In this document: in pieces, positions 35,676 through 47,000 of the stretch
Numbering within the stretch: the stretch's first letter is position 1
How the letters are laid out: every line of letters begins with the position of its first letter
Source of the DNA: a virus
Taxonomy: Duplodnaviria; Heunggongvirae; Uroviricota; Caudoviricetes
Virus record (IMG/VR): IMGVR_UViG_3300029415_000001
DNA: 64,000 bases
Reading direction: 5' to 3' (one strand)
Notes under the pieces: generated by a model
Databases searched by the model: none
What the model was told of the DNA's origin: nothing
Seen by the model: only the letters and a program-made list of their open reading frames with translations
Program-made: the position numbers and the translations under genes

Positions 35676-35897
35676 ATGGGATATTCAGCTGCTAAAGTGT
35701 CCACTCATCTTGAGCTTGAGAAAAACCGTGGTTACTGGCGGGCAAAAGGGTTTGATCGTGATAGTTGTCAACTGTCATTATCGCGCGGTGAAGAGAAAAT
35801 AGAACGCACGCGCGGTCGCTGGCGTTTCTATGACGAGAACCATAAACAGGTAAAGGCAGAGCCGATCCTGTACACTTTACTTAAAACCATTATCTGA
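35676..35897 (+). CDS. hypothetical 73-aa protein between loxP and cre
   Basis: ORF track; this reading frame is present upstream of cre in P1-derived sequences as recalled. Confidence 0.45.
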   Translation: MGYSAAKVSTHLELEKNRGYWRAKGFDRDSCQLSLSRGEEKIERTRGRWRFYDENHKQVKAEPILYTLLKTII

Positions 35898-35904
35898 GTG
35901 TTAA

Positions 35905-36936
35905 ATGTCCAATTTACTGACCGTACACCAAAATTTGCCTGCATTACCGGTCGATGCAACGAGTGATGAGGTTCGCAAGAACCTGATGGACATGTTCAGG
36001 GATCGCCAGGCGTTTTCTGAGCATACCTGGAAAATGCTTCTGTCCGTTTGCCGGTCGTGGGCGGCATGGTGCAAGTTGAATAACCGGAAGTGGTTTCCCG
36101 CAGAACCTGAAGATGTTCGCGATTATCTTCTATATCTTCAGGCGCGCGGTCTGGCAGTGAAAACTATCCAGCAACATTTGGGCCAGCTAAATATGCTTCA
36201 TCGTCGGTCCGGTCTGCCACGACCAAGTGACAGCAATGCTGTTTCACTGGTCATGCGACGGATCCGAAAAGAAAACGTTGATGCCGGTGAACGTGCAAAA
36301 CAGGCACTAGCGTTCGAACGCACTGATTTCGACCAGGTTCGTTCACTCATGGAAAATAGCGATCGCTGCCAGGATATACGTAATCTGGCATTTCTGGGGA
36401 TTGCTTATAACACCCTGTTACGTATAGCCGAAATTGCCAGGATCAGGGTTAAAGATATCTCACGTACTGACGGTGGGAGAATGTTAATCCATATTGGCAG
36501 AACGAAAACGCTGGTTAGCACCGCAGGTGTAGAGAAGGCACTTAGCCTGGGGGTAACTAAACTGGTCGAGCGATGGATTTCTGTCTCTGGTGTGGCTGAT
36601 GATCCGAATAACTACTTGTTTTGCCGGGTCAGAAAAAATGGTGTTGCCTCGCCATCACCCACCAGCCAGCTATCAACTCGCGCCCTGGAAGGGATTTTTG
36701 AAGCAACTCATCAATTGATTTACGGCGCTAAGGATGACTCTGGTCAGAGATACCTGGCCTGGTCTGGACACAGTGCCCGTGTCGGAGCCGCGCGAGATAT
36801 GGCCCGCGCTGGAGTTTCAATACCGGAGATCATGCAAGCTGGTGGCTGGACCAATGTAAATATTGTCATGAACTATATCCGTAACCTGGATAGTGAAACA
36901 GGGGCAATGGTGCGCCTGCTGGAAGATGGCGATTAG
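35905..36936 (+). CDS. cre: Cre tyrosine recombinase (variant)
   Basis: 343 aa; near-identical to P1 Cre as recalled, with a few substitutions (VASPSPTSQLS, THQLIYG). Confidence 0.98.
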   Translation: MSNLLTVHQNLPALPVDATSDEVRKNLMDMFRDRQAFSEHTWKMLLSVCRSWAAWCKLNNRKWFPAEPEDVRDYLLYLQARGLAVKTIQQHLGQLNMLHRRSGLPRPSDSNAVSLVMRRIRKENVDAGERAKQALAFERTDFDQVRSLMENSDRCQDIRNLAFLGIAYNTLLRIAEIARIRVKDISRTDGGRMLIHIGRTKTLVSTAGVEKALSLGVTKLVERWISVSGVADDPNNYLFCRVRKNGVASPSPTSQLSTRALEGIFEATHQLIYGAKDDSGQRYLAWSGHSARVGAARDMARAGVSIPEIMQAGGWTNVNIVMNYIRNLDSETGAMVRLLEDGD

Positions 36937-36953
36937 CCATTAACGCGTAAATG

Positions 36954-36970
36954 ATTGCTCTAATTCTTTG
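36954..36970 (+). promoter_or_regulatory. C1 operator-like site downstream of cre
   Basis: ATTGCTCTAATTCTTTG. Confidence 0.5.
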
Positions 36971-36986
36971 ATATTTATGGTGGCAT

Positions 36987-37298
36987 ATGAGAAAGGATTT
37001 CAACATCGACGGAAAATATGTAGTGCTGTCTGTAAGCTCTCAAATTCAGTCACCATCTGTCATTGTCACCGTAAAGTTGAGCGATAGGATGCCTGATATC
37101 GACTCGATATCTGTTGCGTTCCCCGTTAAAAGCATGCGGAGTGCTGAACATTTTGTGATGAATGCAACGGAGGAGGAAGCGCGGCGCGGGCTTACTAGAG
37201 TGATAGGGGAATTTGGCGAACTCCTGGGTAAGGTAAACAATGCCCTTTCAATCAGTTCAGCAAGGTCCAAAGCGTTAACAGCTTCCATGATGAAATAA
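36987..37298 (+). CDS. cre-associated small protein (Cra position)
   Basis: 103-aa ORF directly downstream of cre as in P1. Confidence 0.5.
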   Translation: MRKDFNIDGKYVVLSVSSQIQSPSVIVTVKLSDRMPDIDSISVAFPVKSMRSAEHFVMNATEEEARRGLTRVIGEFGELLGKVNNALSISSARSKALTASMMK

Positions 37299-37430
37299 AA
37301 AAAAGCCTGGCAAGGAGCCAGGCTGCACAAAAGAGCGGGTTTGTATTCCGCATCCAATCAATCAAGAAGGAGTATAGCACACAGGTACTGAAGTAAAAAA
37401 ATGTGATTCGCGAGAAACAAAATATCTACC

Positions 37431-37460
37431 ATTGCTCTAATTGATTGCTATAATTTAGCC
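37431..37460 (+). promoter_or_regulatory. tandem overlapping C1 operator-like sites with embedded -10 TATAAT (Op2-type) upstream of ref
   Basis: ATTGCTCTAATTGATTG (37431-37447) and ATTGCTATAATTTAGCC (37444-37460). Confidence 0.6.
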
Positions 37461-37545
37461 GCAGTTTTTGTCAACTACGAAGACGTTGCCATTACTTCAC
37501 TCCTTGACATCATTGGCGGCCATTAGGCCGCCTTTTTTTTGCCAT

Positions 37546-38106
37546 ATGAAAACAATCGAACAAAAACTTGAACAGCGCCGCGAGTGGCAGAAGGCAGCCA
37601 GAGAACGAGCGATCGCTCGGCAACGGGAAAAGTTGGCTGACCCCGCCTGGCGAGAATCGCAATATCAGAAAATGCGGGATTCTATCGACCGCCGTATCGC
37701 TAAACAGAAAGAGCGCCCACCAGCCAGCAAAACGCGGAAAAGTGCGGTAAAAATAAAATCTCGTGGCTTGAAGGGGCGAACACCGACGGCGGAGGAACGG
37801 ACCATCGCCAATGCTCTTGGCACTCTCCCCTGCATTGCCTGCTACATGCATGGAGTAATATCTGAAGAGGTGTCTCTGCACCATATCTCCGGTCGTACCG
37901 CGCCGGGTTGTCATAAAAAGCAATTGCCACTTTGTAGATGGCACCACCAGCATGCAGCACCGGCTGAAGTAAGAGCAAAATACCCCTGGCTGGTCCCTGT
38001 TCATGCCGATGGTGTGGTTGGAGGCAAGAAAGAATTCACCCTGCTGAACAAGTCAGAGATGGAGTTACTGGCTGACGCCTATGAGATAGCAAACATCATG
38101 CACTAA
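37546..38106 (+). CDS. ref: recombination enhancement function Ref (HNH endonuclease)
   Basis: 186-aa product from ATG 37546; HNH-like CHKKQLPLCRWHHQH motif; position after cre-cra. Confidence 0.8.
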   Translation: MKTIEQKLEQRREWQKAARERAIARQREKLADPAWRESQYQKMRDSIDRRIAKQKERPPASKTRKSAVKIKSRGLKGRTPTAEERTIANALGTLPCIACYMHGVISEEVSLHHISGRTAPGCHKKQLPLCRWHHQHAAPAEVRAKYPWLVPVHADGVVGGKKEFTLLNKSEMELLADAYEIANIMH

Positions 38107-38114
38107 TAAATATA
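38098..38114 (+). promoter_or_regulatory. C1 operator-like variant (ATGCACTAATAAATATA) overlapping the ref stop, upstream of mat
   Basis: Match to the GCAC operator variant class. Confidence 0.45.
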
Positions 38115-38143
38115 TTATTTTTAATGATAAATGATTGACAACT

Positions 38144-38165
38144 GACAAGTGACTTCAGTCAGAAT
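38144..38165 (+). promoter_or_regulatory. weak late-promoter-like motif (GACAAGTGA-N7-CAGAAT) upstream of mat
   Basis: Partial match to the AACAAGTGA-N7-TANNNT pattern. Confidence 0.3.
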
Positions 38166-38267
38166 CATCACACGCCCGGTACGGATGGATCCCTTTTCAA
38201 ATATTCCATGGACGGCACAGTCTGAGTACCGGGCGCTACCTTCAGTTGTATTGCTAAGCCGCCGCTG

Positions 38268-38936
38268 GTGGCTTTTCTTTTTTGTAGGGGCGCTATGGAT
38301 AAGAAAATATGCGTTGTTTCGATGAGCGTCGGCAAACCGGCGTCAATGACTGCCGCATGGATCAACAATGAGCTGATAATGGCTGAGCGGACCAGCTACC
38401 CTGAACGCCGCCGCGATATGGAACTCCAGCTGCTGCGCGAATTGCGAGAAAAAGAGGAAAAGGGTTTTATCGTGCTGGTGGAAGAGGAAAACAGCTTTAT
38501 TACCGGTCGAGTTGGCCAGCGTGTAAGGTTGCGTGATCCCTTCATGAACGGCAGACCGGTACTGATTGAAGCAATGCAGATTTACAAGGAACTGGAACGC
38601 CAGAAAGCGATCAAGTTACCGCGCAAGGAATCCGGCAAATACATCCTTCACCAAAGCATCTTCGATTCCGAACATGACAAAAAAGGCGATGAATTTTTCA
38701 ACATCAACTGGAGCGAAATAACGACAGAGCACGTTCTGACGTTGTTATGCTGCTTCGCAACGGAATACAACAACGTTGCAAGCTCCGACTACATCAGGGC
38801 AATGGCTGGAGAAGTTGAGGCACGCCAGGAACCATCGTTACTAAGCCCTCTGATTAACATAATTCGCGGAACCCAAACGCTGGCACAAAAACAGGTGCCT
38901 AAGGGAGTATTAACAGGAAAAGGAAATTATCTATAA
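38268..38936 (+). CDS. mat: particle maturation protein (Mat position)
   Basis: 222-aa ORF following ref as in P1; true start may be Met10; assigned by synteny only. Confidence 0.5.
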   Translation: MAFLFCRGAMDKKICVVSMSVGKPASMTAAWINNELIMAERTSYPERRRDMELQLLRELREKEEKGFIVLVEEENSFITGRVGQRVRLRDPFMNGRPVLIEAMQIYKELERQKAIKLPRKESGKYILHQSIFDSEHDKKGDEFFNINWSEITTEHVLTLLCCFATEYNNVASSDYIRAMAGEVEARQEPSLLSPLINIIRGTQTLAQKQVPKGVLTGKGNYL

Positions 38937-38992
38937 ACGTCAATGCATTAGGGTATACTTCTCCGTAGAACTATAAGTAAATGGAGTAAGTA

Positions 38993-40300
38993 ATGAGCGA
39001 ATATGTTGAGTTAGCATACGCTGCCGCTACAAGCAGGCTTTGTCTATTTACCGGGACTGGCTTTTCAAAGGCAGTCTCGAACGGTGAAGCTCCAACGTGG
39101 AAGGAACTATTAAAAAAAGTTTGCAGCAAAGTTCACAATGCCAAAAAGTTGGAAGACACGTTATTCCCTGATGATAAACCACCAGCACTGAGTCTTGAAG
39201 AAGCCGCACAAATACTATCTTTGAAGCTCAATATTGAGGGTAAGTCGATTTATGATGAAATTGTTGACATCATATCTCCAATTCAACTTGGAGAAGGTAT
39301 ATCAAATATAAAAGACTTTTTCCAAAAAAACTCATTCCGTGTCATTACAACAAATTATGACAAATTGGCTGAATGCTTGGTTGGAGATGAGAGAGTTCAG
39401 TCTATCACTCCAGGATTACCAGTTCCGAAGTATCGTTCTAATGTGAAAATATATCATGTTCATGGCTCTATTGACTCACCAAAAAATATGGTTGTCACTT
39501 CTGAAGACTACTTTAGGTTTATAAACTCTAACACTTATTTTTCACGAAAACTGAGTACAATGCTGCATGAAAATACAGTTGCGATATTAGGATATTCTTT
39601 AAGCGACACAAACCTTAAAGCAATTATAAATGATTACAAAACCTTCTCGAAAGGTAATGCGCTATGCTCTAATATATTTTTCATTTCTCGCAGCAAAGTA
39701 AGCCAAGACATGAAGGATTATTATTTTTATTGTTTTGGGATACGAGTAATTGATAAAACTGAAATAGATTGTTTCTTTGAGCGTCTGAGTAGTAAAATGG
39801 TGTTGATTGAAGACATCATGGCAAGAGCCAGAGAAAGTATAAAAAGAGTTGTTTCAGGGGCTTTTAACTATAGGGATGAATATCTCAAATTAGAGGATTC
39901 TTTTTACCAAATAACATCTTCTATTATGTCGGAAGGTTTCGATTGGAGTGACAATAAAGTTGTTGGTTTTTTTAAAAGGCTAATCGAACAAAAAAGAGAA
40001 TTAACAAGAAAAGATGGGGCGTGGGAACAATATGAGCATCTTGCAAAATGGCTCATATATTTTGGAAGCATCATAGAAATTACTGACACTAAGTATGAAA
40101 ATGTATATTTAGAGGCAGTCGAATACTCAATGTCCAATATGAGCAAAGAAAGGCGGTTAGGTTATTCGTGGCATGCTTATAGAGCTTGGGAAACGCGATG
40201 GTCTTCAATCATTGCTTCAAATCGATTAATTATAAAAAAACACATCGAAGACCTTGGCGTGCTGGATGACGCCAATTCTATAGTGAAAAATATAGTGTAA
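38993..40300 (+). CDS. SIR2-like (SIR2_2 / DHS-like NAD-binding) domain protein, standalone, 435 aa; candidate NAD-depleting defence effector
   Basis: Motifs LFTGTGFS (GAGxS-like), VITTNYD (catalytic Asn), KIYHVHGS (catalytic His); ATG with GGAG RBS; gene visibly AT-rich relative to flanks; sits between mat and lxc. Confidence 0.75.
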   Translation: MSEYVELAYAAATSRLCLFTGTGFSKAVSNGEAPTWKELLKKVCSKVHNAKKLEDTLFPDDKPPALSLEEAAQILSLKLNIEGKSIYDEIVDIISPIQLGEGISNIKDFFQKNSFRVITTNYDKLAECLVGDERVQSITPGLPVPKYRSNVKIYHVHGSIDSPKNMVVTSEDYFRFINSNTYFSRKLSTMLHENTVAILGYSLSDTNLKAIINDYKTFSKGNALCSNIFFISRSKVSQDMKDYYFYCFGIRVIDKTEIDCFFERLSSKMVLIEDIMARARESIKRVVSGAFNYRDEYLKLEDSFYQITSSIMSEGFDWSDNKVVGFFKRLIEQKRELTRKDGAWEQYEHLAKWLIYFGSIIEITDTKYENVYLEAVEYSMSNMSKERRLGYSWHAYRAWETRWSSIIASNRLIIKKHIEDLGVLDDANSIVKNIV

Positions 40301-40322
40301 TTGAAACTCTGCAAACATTTAA

Positions 40323-40342
40323 CGGGCAGCTACAACTGCCCG
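40323..40342. terminator. hairpin between convergent SIR2-like gene and lxc
   Basis: cgggcag-ctacaa-ctgcccg. Confidence 0.45.
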
Positions 40343-40351
40343 ATATATAAA

Positions 40352-40600
40352 TCAATCCGCATTCAGGAGCAATGCATTATCTATGATGATTTGCTCCCAT
40401 TCTTCGAATGCCCGGTCGCGGACGCCCTGGGGAACGCTGTTAGTTTTGAAATCGACGACCGTACGCCATTTCCCATCCGGACGGTACATACGCAGAGCTT
40501 TACTTCCCCCTTCCCTGCGCACCTCAACGTTATGCTTGTCAGCAAACTCTTGTAATGCTCGTAGCGTCCCATGCTTTACTGTGTAGTATCGCTTTTTCAA
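40352..40600 (-). CDS. lxc: Lxc/Bof-like C1 co-repressor modulator (82 aa)
   Basis: 82-aa ORF downstream of ulx and darB in same orientation; assigned by size and synteny. Confidence 0.55.
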   Translation of the reverse strand: MKKRYYTVKHGTLRALQEFADKHNVEVRREGGSKALRMYRPDGKWRTVVDFKTNSVPQGVRDRAFEEWEQIIIDNALLLNAD

Positions 40601-41037
40601 GTTTTCTCTCCAGCCTGTGCCAAGGCTTCAACTTCCAAATCGTAAGACTCAAACTCATAGTCCTGGTCGTCAACTTCTTCAGGCACTGGCAGTAAATGCC
40701 AGGCTGAGTATATCTGACCATTATCAAAACGCTCCTGGCTGTAGAGCGTCGCGGCTATGAGCGTCAGCGCCGGGCGGTCATAACGGTAAATTTTGCGAAC
40801 GTCACGGTCAACGAGACGACCGAAATTACCATAACCGCGCTCCAGTAATAATTTTTTAATTTCCGGCCAGTATGGACCATAGCTGCGGTACAGGCGGGGA
40901 TTTTTCAGTAATCGCCCGCGTAGCCCTGACAGGAAGAAATCAACGTATTCGTCTTCTGTCTTTCCTAACAACGCTGTACGGAGTACCGCCTCAAGATATG
41001 TTTTATTCGGTTTTATTGTATCAGATAGTGTGGCCAT
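40597..41037 (-). CDS. Ulx-like protein (146 aa)
   Basis: ORF track; 4-nt overlap with lxc start; synteny. Confidence 0.5.
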   Translation of the reverse strand: MATLSDTIKPNKTYLEAVLRTALLGKTEDEYVDFFLSGLRGRLLKNPRLYRSYGPYWPEIKKLLLERGYGNFGRLVDRDVRKIYRYDRPALTLIAATLYSQERFDNGQIYSAWHLLPVPEEVDDQDYEFESYDLEVEALAQAGEKT

Positions 41038-41070
41038 ATTATGCGACGCCCGGCGAACCGGGCGCTCCTG

Positions 41071-44000
41071 TTATGCGTATTGTTGGATGACGGCCAGAAC
41101 GTCCGCCACGTTGTGTTTTGTCTCGATAATCCACCAGTTACCCGGGAAATCGCTGTTCTTCGCCTTCGCTGGCAGCCAGCGAGCGCCGAATTTCGCCTTG
41201 ATTGCGTCTTTCGCACGGAAAAGAACGCCTTTCATGCCTGAGGCTTCCTGAAGCCCAAATACCTCGCCAGCGGCGAATTTTGGTGCGTACATCATCTTCA
41301 GGTCGGCGGTGGATACGCGATAATTCAGACCAAGAGACTGAGCTATGCTGGTGGCATCACCCTGTATTGATGATAACTCTTCTTGTTTCTCGTTTCTGGC
41401 GGCAATTTCTTCCTCCGTGATGTTGCCAAGGGCCAGGTTTATCCGATCAGCGTCGGCCTGTTTCTCTTCATCGGTGCGCCCGGCAAGAACCGTGTTAATT
41501 CTCTGCAATATCTCCACATGGTTCTTGCGAATGCTGAGCAATTCCGGCGTAACCTCGTTAAGGTCCACCAGCCCAAGGATGGCAAGGTCGGAAAACATTG
41601 ATACCAGGTTGTAGGTCATGCGATAGCTGAGTTGGCCATAGGCTGATGGCAACTGCACCGCATCCATTTGATAGGCATCCATAAATTTAGAGCCGTCGTT
41701 TACGACATCCGCAATTGCCGGTGTGATTTTCCCTGTGGTGGCGGCCTCCCTGATTGCTGTTACCCACGATTGAGTCAGCGCGGCGACTGCATGATTCAGA
41801 TTGGCTTCCCGTTCTGCTGCGATGCGCGCGCTTGCTGCGTCCATTGCCTGCTTGATCTCGGCTTTATTGCTGTAAATGCCAATAGTGCCAAACTGTGCTG
41901 TGGTGATCTCATAATCTGACGCCCGGAACTCATGGGTACCGAAAATGGCATTGGTGACCTCAAGTTCAGAATCCCCGTTACGAGTAGCCCCCTGGCTTGT
42001 TTTCTCCGGCATTTTTGCGATCGCATCCACTATTTTCTCCTGAATTGCTTCAGGGGATAACGTATCTCCGTATGACGCGATTACATCGCCATAATTGGAG
42101 CCAAACAATTCAACCAGGAATGTTTCTGCCGAACGGATCTGGCGGTTATTCCCTTCCGACATCATACCAAGCACCCATTTTGCAATTGACGACTTCAGCG
42201 CGCCGTCACGGCGATCCGGGTAAACCGCATGCTTCAGTGGGGCCGTATAGGTACCAACAAAATCAATGCTATAGCCTGACTCTGTAGTCTGAACGCCGTA
42301 TGAGTCAGTGATTTTGATCATGCCGCGCTGCTGGAAACGGTAGAAATCGTCACAGGAAATGATGTCGTTAATCCCGGCGATGGAGACGCCACCACTGATT
42401 TTCTGCATAACAGCATCTTCATCGGGAGTTACATCAACCTGTTTATCCAGCGTCTTCACATCCCAGTTACCCGATTTGGTGCCTTTGAAGGTAAAGATGA
42501 TCTCCACGTCTGCGCGCTGGCTGTCGAAGTCCAGCGACTTAATGCGAACGATATCACCGGCACAATCGTAGTATTGGCCTACACGCCATGAGCGATCGCC
42601 GATAACAAGGAACTCATTCGCATGGTTAACCAGATCAGGATCAACATCCAGAATGCCTTTATTTATTGCATCCTCCACCAGCGGGCGCAGGCGTTTGATA
42701 TCCGTCGCGGCCTTCTGGGTACGGTTCAATAATTTCTCATAGCGGGAGATGGCCTGAGAGATATTAGCCTTGCGCTGAATGGCGCTTTTCAACGACGCGC
42801 GATACTGTGCTAACAACATACGGTCTGTGTGATGGACACTCCCCCAGCGGGCCTTCCAGTCTGCGTTATCCGCTGCCTTGGCCATTGCCGCCTGTTTGAA
42901 TTTAGCTACCTCGGCGGTGGTCTTTTCAAGTTCCGCTTTGCTTCGCTCTAATTCAGCGGTAAGTACCTCCACATCCTCGCCAGCTGCGTGCTGCGCCTTG
43001 ATGTAGTTCTGAAGGTCGATAGTAGCCTGTTCTTTCTGGCGAGCGCGTTTCGCAGCTTTCGCCTTATCCATTTGAACCTGCATCATTGCCAGACGTTCGC
43101 CGTCATCCTTCGCGGTATACATCTGCATTTCGATCATGTCATTGGCGTCGGCGTTCTCCATTTCTGACTTATCTGAACGGAGGATATCGGAGATCCAGCC
43201 TGCTTTACGCTTCAGCGTCTTCAGTCGGTATTCATCGAAAGACCCCTTGCCGCAGTAGTAGTGAACGCGAACGCTTGCACGGTTGGAACCAACTCGGGCA
43301 CCGCGACCGTTACGCTGTGCGATACTGGCTGGTGTCCACGGCAACGTCAGGTGGTGGATATCCGTCGTTCCTCGATGCAGGTTGATACCCACCTCTGCCT
43401 TTTTGTTGCAGATGATGATCGGAGTCCGGCCCTCCTGGAAGTCGGCTGCAATCTTTTCCAGACCGCCCAACGACATTTCATTTTGCTGCGCGATATAGGC
43501 GTCATACAGAGCCATTTGCTCGTTGTATTTCGCTATCTGTGCATCTGTTGGTTCATCCGGTAACTCTTTCGGCGGTTTAACCGCTTTCAGTTTCTTACCG
43601 GTTTTACCTGCCTCGGCAACCGTCTGAGCATTCAGTATCCCCACCTTTGAAGGTTCAAGGTTAAGAGCATTGCAGATAATGCGCTTGAGCTTCTGGTGCT
43701 GCGTTTTTTCATCGGTGAAGATGATTTGCTTACCTTCCGGGAAAAACTCCTTCAGCGTGGCAATCAGCTTCGCGTATTTGGGCGTAACGGGGTGAGTTAC
43801 GGTCTGTTCGTCAATGCCAAACCTGGCCAGGCGCTTATTCACTTCCTGCTCGAACGCTTCCGGAACCTGCAACTGAATAAACTCGCCCTTATCTATCAGG
43901 GAGTATTGCGATTGCTGCGTGATTGAATCATCACTGTCGTCGTCTTCGCTGGTGGCTTGTTTAGGCAAACTGTCCGCCAGCTGCTGCACCGCATCGGCGT

Positions 44001-47000
44001 ACTCCGGCAGGAAACGATAGGTGATCCGGCGATAGTACAGGTCCATGTCAGTACATACGCGGTCCATATCCCTGATTATTGAGAAGATCGGACGGGCTTT
44101 CTCGTGCTCAATCACGCCGTCTTCATTGACCGAGGTCGTTACGCCATTGTTGGCTTTGGCCGCCGCTTCCGCCTGCTGACGCAATTCTTCATACGCCGCC
44201 AGTTGTTCTTCAGTAAGTGGTGCATCCTGCTGGTGTTCGTCCAGCTCCGGGATCTCCACGGTATCCTTAACGTCTTCCGCCGTTTTAAGCGTTACCCAGC
44301 GATGGAATATACCGCGCAGCGCATCAAGGTTTTCAAAGCCCACCAGCGCCATTTTTTCTTCAACTTCACCGCTGATTTTCTGTACCGTTTCCAGCCTGGT
44401 CTTGCCGAAGAATTTAACGAAGTCATCAGGACCGTAGATCCCCATCTTCTGCCAGTATTCCTTCGGCAGAACATGAGAAAGCATGTTGTATGCATCGATC
44501 GGGGTGTTAACGACTGGCGTTGCAGTCAGGAGAACCGGCCCGCGCCCGCCATTCTTTTTCATCAGGTACGCGTTTTTAATTGCCATATCTCGCGCCGATT
44601 GCGCCACCGCGCTGGTGGGCAGATAGGCCAGTTGTGACGCTTCGCGACCATTTTTATAGCTATTGCGGTAGTTGTGACCTTCGTCAGCGATCACACTATC
44701 GAAGCCCATATCCTCAAAGTACGGATACTTCTCTGCTTTTTCGGTGCCGGTATCTGAATACTCCGACAATACCCGGCGACGCGCAGCCTCTTTGCGGTGG
44801 GAGTCGGAGTCCATTGCGCTGGCTACGCGCCCGGCGGCAACGAAGTCATAAAGCATATCCTGTGCATGCTCATCTACGGTGTCATCACGTAGCGGAATGC
44901 GGGCGTATTGTTCTTTGGTAAACACGACTGCACGGTAATTTGAGTGCGGGATCGCGTTCATCCGCGCCGTGATAGTGGCTTCATCTGCCAGCTTAAGAGC
45001 ATCGCGCATAACTGGAGTGCCATCAGTACCAAGAACAGGTTTACCGTTCTCATCGAGCACCGGCACCTGGCGAATCTGATCGCCATCCATCAGCACATCA
45101 AGACCGACGAACAGGTAGTTACTGAATGCCTCTTCACTCAGGAATTCTTTTGCTTCGTAATACCAGTTTTCCAGCACTGATTTAGGCACTACATACGCAG
45201 TACGGGTGGAGCGACCGTTCTCATAGTTGAACGCCTCAAGCGCCAGCGCGGTCGTGGTTTTACCCAGCCCGGTGCCGAAGCCAAGGATGCCGCGCCCATC
45301 TTCGGACAGTCGGCGCACCTCGCTATTCTGGTAATCAAATGGCTGGCGCTTACCGCTTAATCCCTTCAACCCAAGCGGATCGCCAGAGTGTTCATACGGG
45401 ATATTGCTATTGAACACATCGTTGTATTTGGCAACCAGCTCATCGTAGCGATCGTGCGTCTTGATCCACTTATTGAACTGGTCCTCAAGCAGTGCCATCT
45501 GCTCGCGGTAGCCGTTCGCCGTCGCGCTATCTTTGCCACCGATACGCGCACCATTGAGATACTTTTCCAGCTGTGCCGGGAACCCGGTCGCGTTTTCACC
45601 TGATTTACGGTCCCACTCGTAGCGGATCTCGCCTGTTTCTTTATCCTTACGCTGGACGACACCGTATCGGTGCCCGACGAACAGACCATCACCACCGTGA
45701 TAGGTGTCAGAAACCATTTCGTCGCCTTCCAACTGCACTGACTGCACATAGCGCAGATCCGGATAGCCGTTTTCCTGCAAAAACTCCAGAATGACGGAAC
45801 GGTCGAACCAACGGCTATTGAGCTTAAAGCGGATATTCTCTGCTGGCGTCTTGATGCGCTTCTCTTCGATCGCTGCCAGCTGATTAAGGACGTTGTTCTT
45901 TACTGGACCGTCGGGGAGCGTGGCGAGGAATTCCTGTTTTGGAGCCACTATCTCGTTAATGTTGCCGCTGGTGGCGCGGGCGAACGGAACAATCCCGCCA
46001 TACGGTGAAACCGCAATGCCAGGGGTGCTGGCCAATAAATTAAGCAACTCGTCATCACTGGCTGGCAGTTCGCCGGTAAACGCAAGGCGGAAATCATCGA
46101 GCTGGATTGGATCGCGAGTGAGATCACTGTAGAGATAACGCAGGGTGTCCTGATAGCTGGTGGAGTCATAACTGGCGCTGGAATCATGCGTAACCAGTTT
46201 TCCTGTCAGCTCGTCAGAAATAGTGCCATCCAGCTTAATTGCACCACGGAAAGCAAACCAGGCGCGAGCACCGCTCCCCGATAATTTCGCTATCGGACCG
46301 CGACCGGGGTTACCAAAACGGTCAATCTCTGCCTGCAAACGGGATACCAGAGAAAGGCGCTGCTGTTCGATTTGTTCAGCACTATGCCCGGCGGCCTTCA
46401 TGTCCTGATATTCAATTAACATCCGGCCAATCATCGCCCCGCGATACAAGCGTTCACGGTATTTTTCAGGCTGGCTGTTAATCCAGTCCACCAGCTGCAC
46501 CATATCGTCGCTGATTGATGTGGTGTACTTATCGCGGACATTTGCCATCTGGGTAAATGTCATACCGAGACGGCCTTCTGTTGTAGTCAGGTTACGCTGA
46601 AGAGCCTCCCAGCTATCCGCGCCATAACTGGCAGCATCAATCTTAAGCTCCTTACCAGCATCAGCTTCAATCCAGCGACCACCAGCATATTTTTGCCATA
46701 CGCCATTAATCAGGCGCATTTCCCCTTCATCAACAACATCTGCGGTCGGTGACGGTTCAGCCATATCGAGCAAAGACCAGTCGATACGACTTTCGAAACG
46801 ATGAATCAGCTTCGCTTTAAGAGCCTGGTTATCAATCTGCCCGTCGGCACGAACCTCAATACGCCCCTGGAATCCCTTCTCCTGGGTGCCATGAACAAAC
46901 CGGCGGCCGTCCTTTTCAAACCACTTGCCAGAAATAAACGTTGGCCAAAGCACATTTGCCGATTCAAGAGTGCTCTCATCCACCAGGGGGATTTTCTCAG

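Noticed and set aside
37296-37335. Hairpin gcctggc-aaggag-ccaggc after cra as a plus-strand terminator
   Set aside because: The U-run lies on the wrong side for the plus strand (A-run precedes the hairpin); function unclear.
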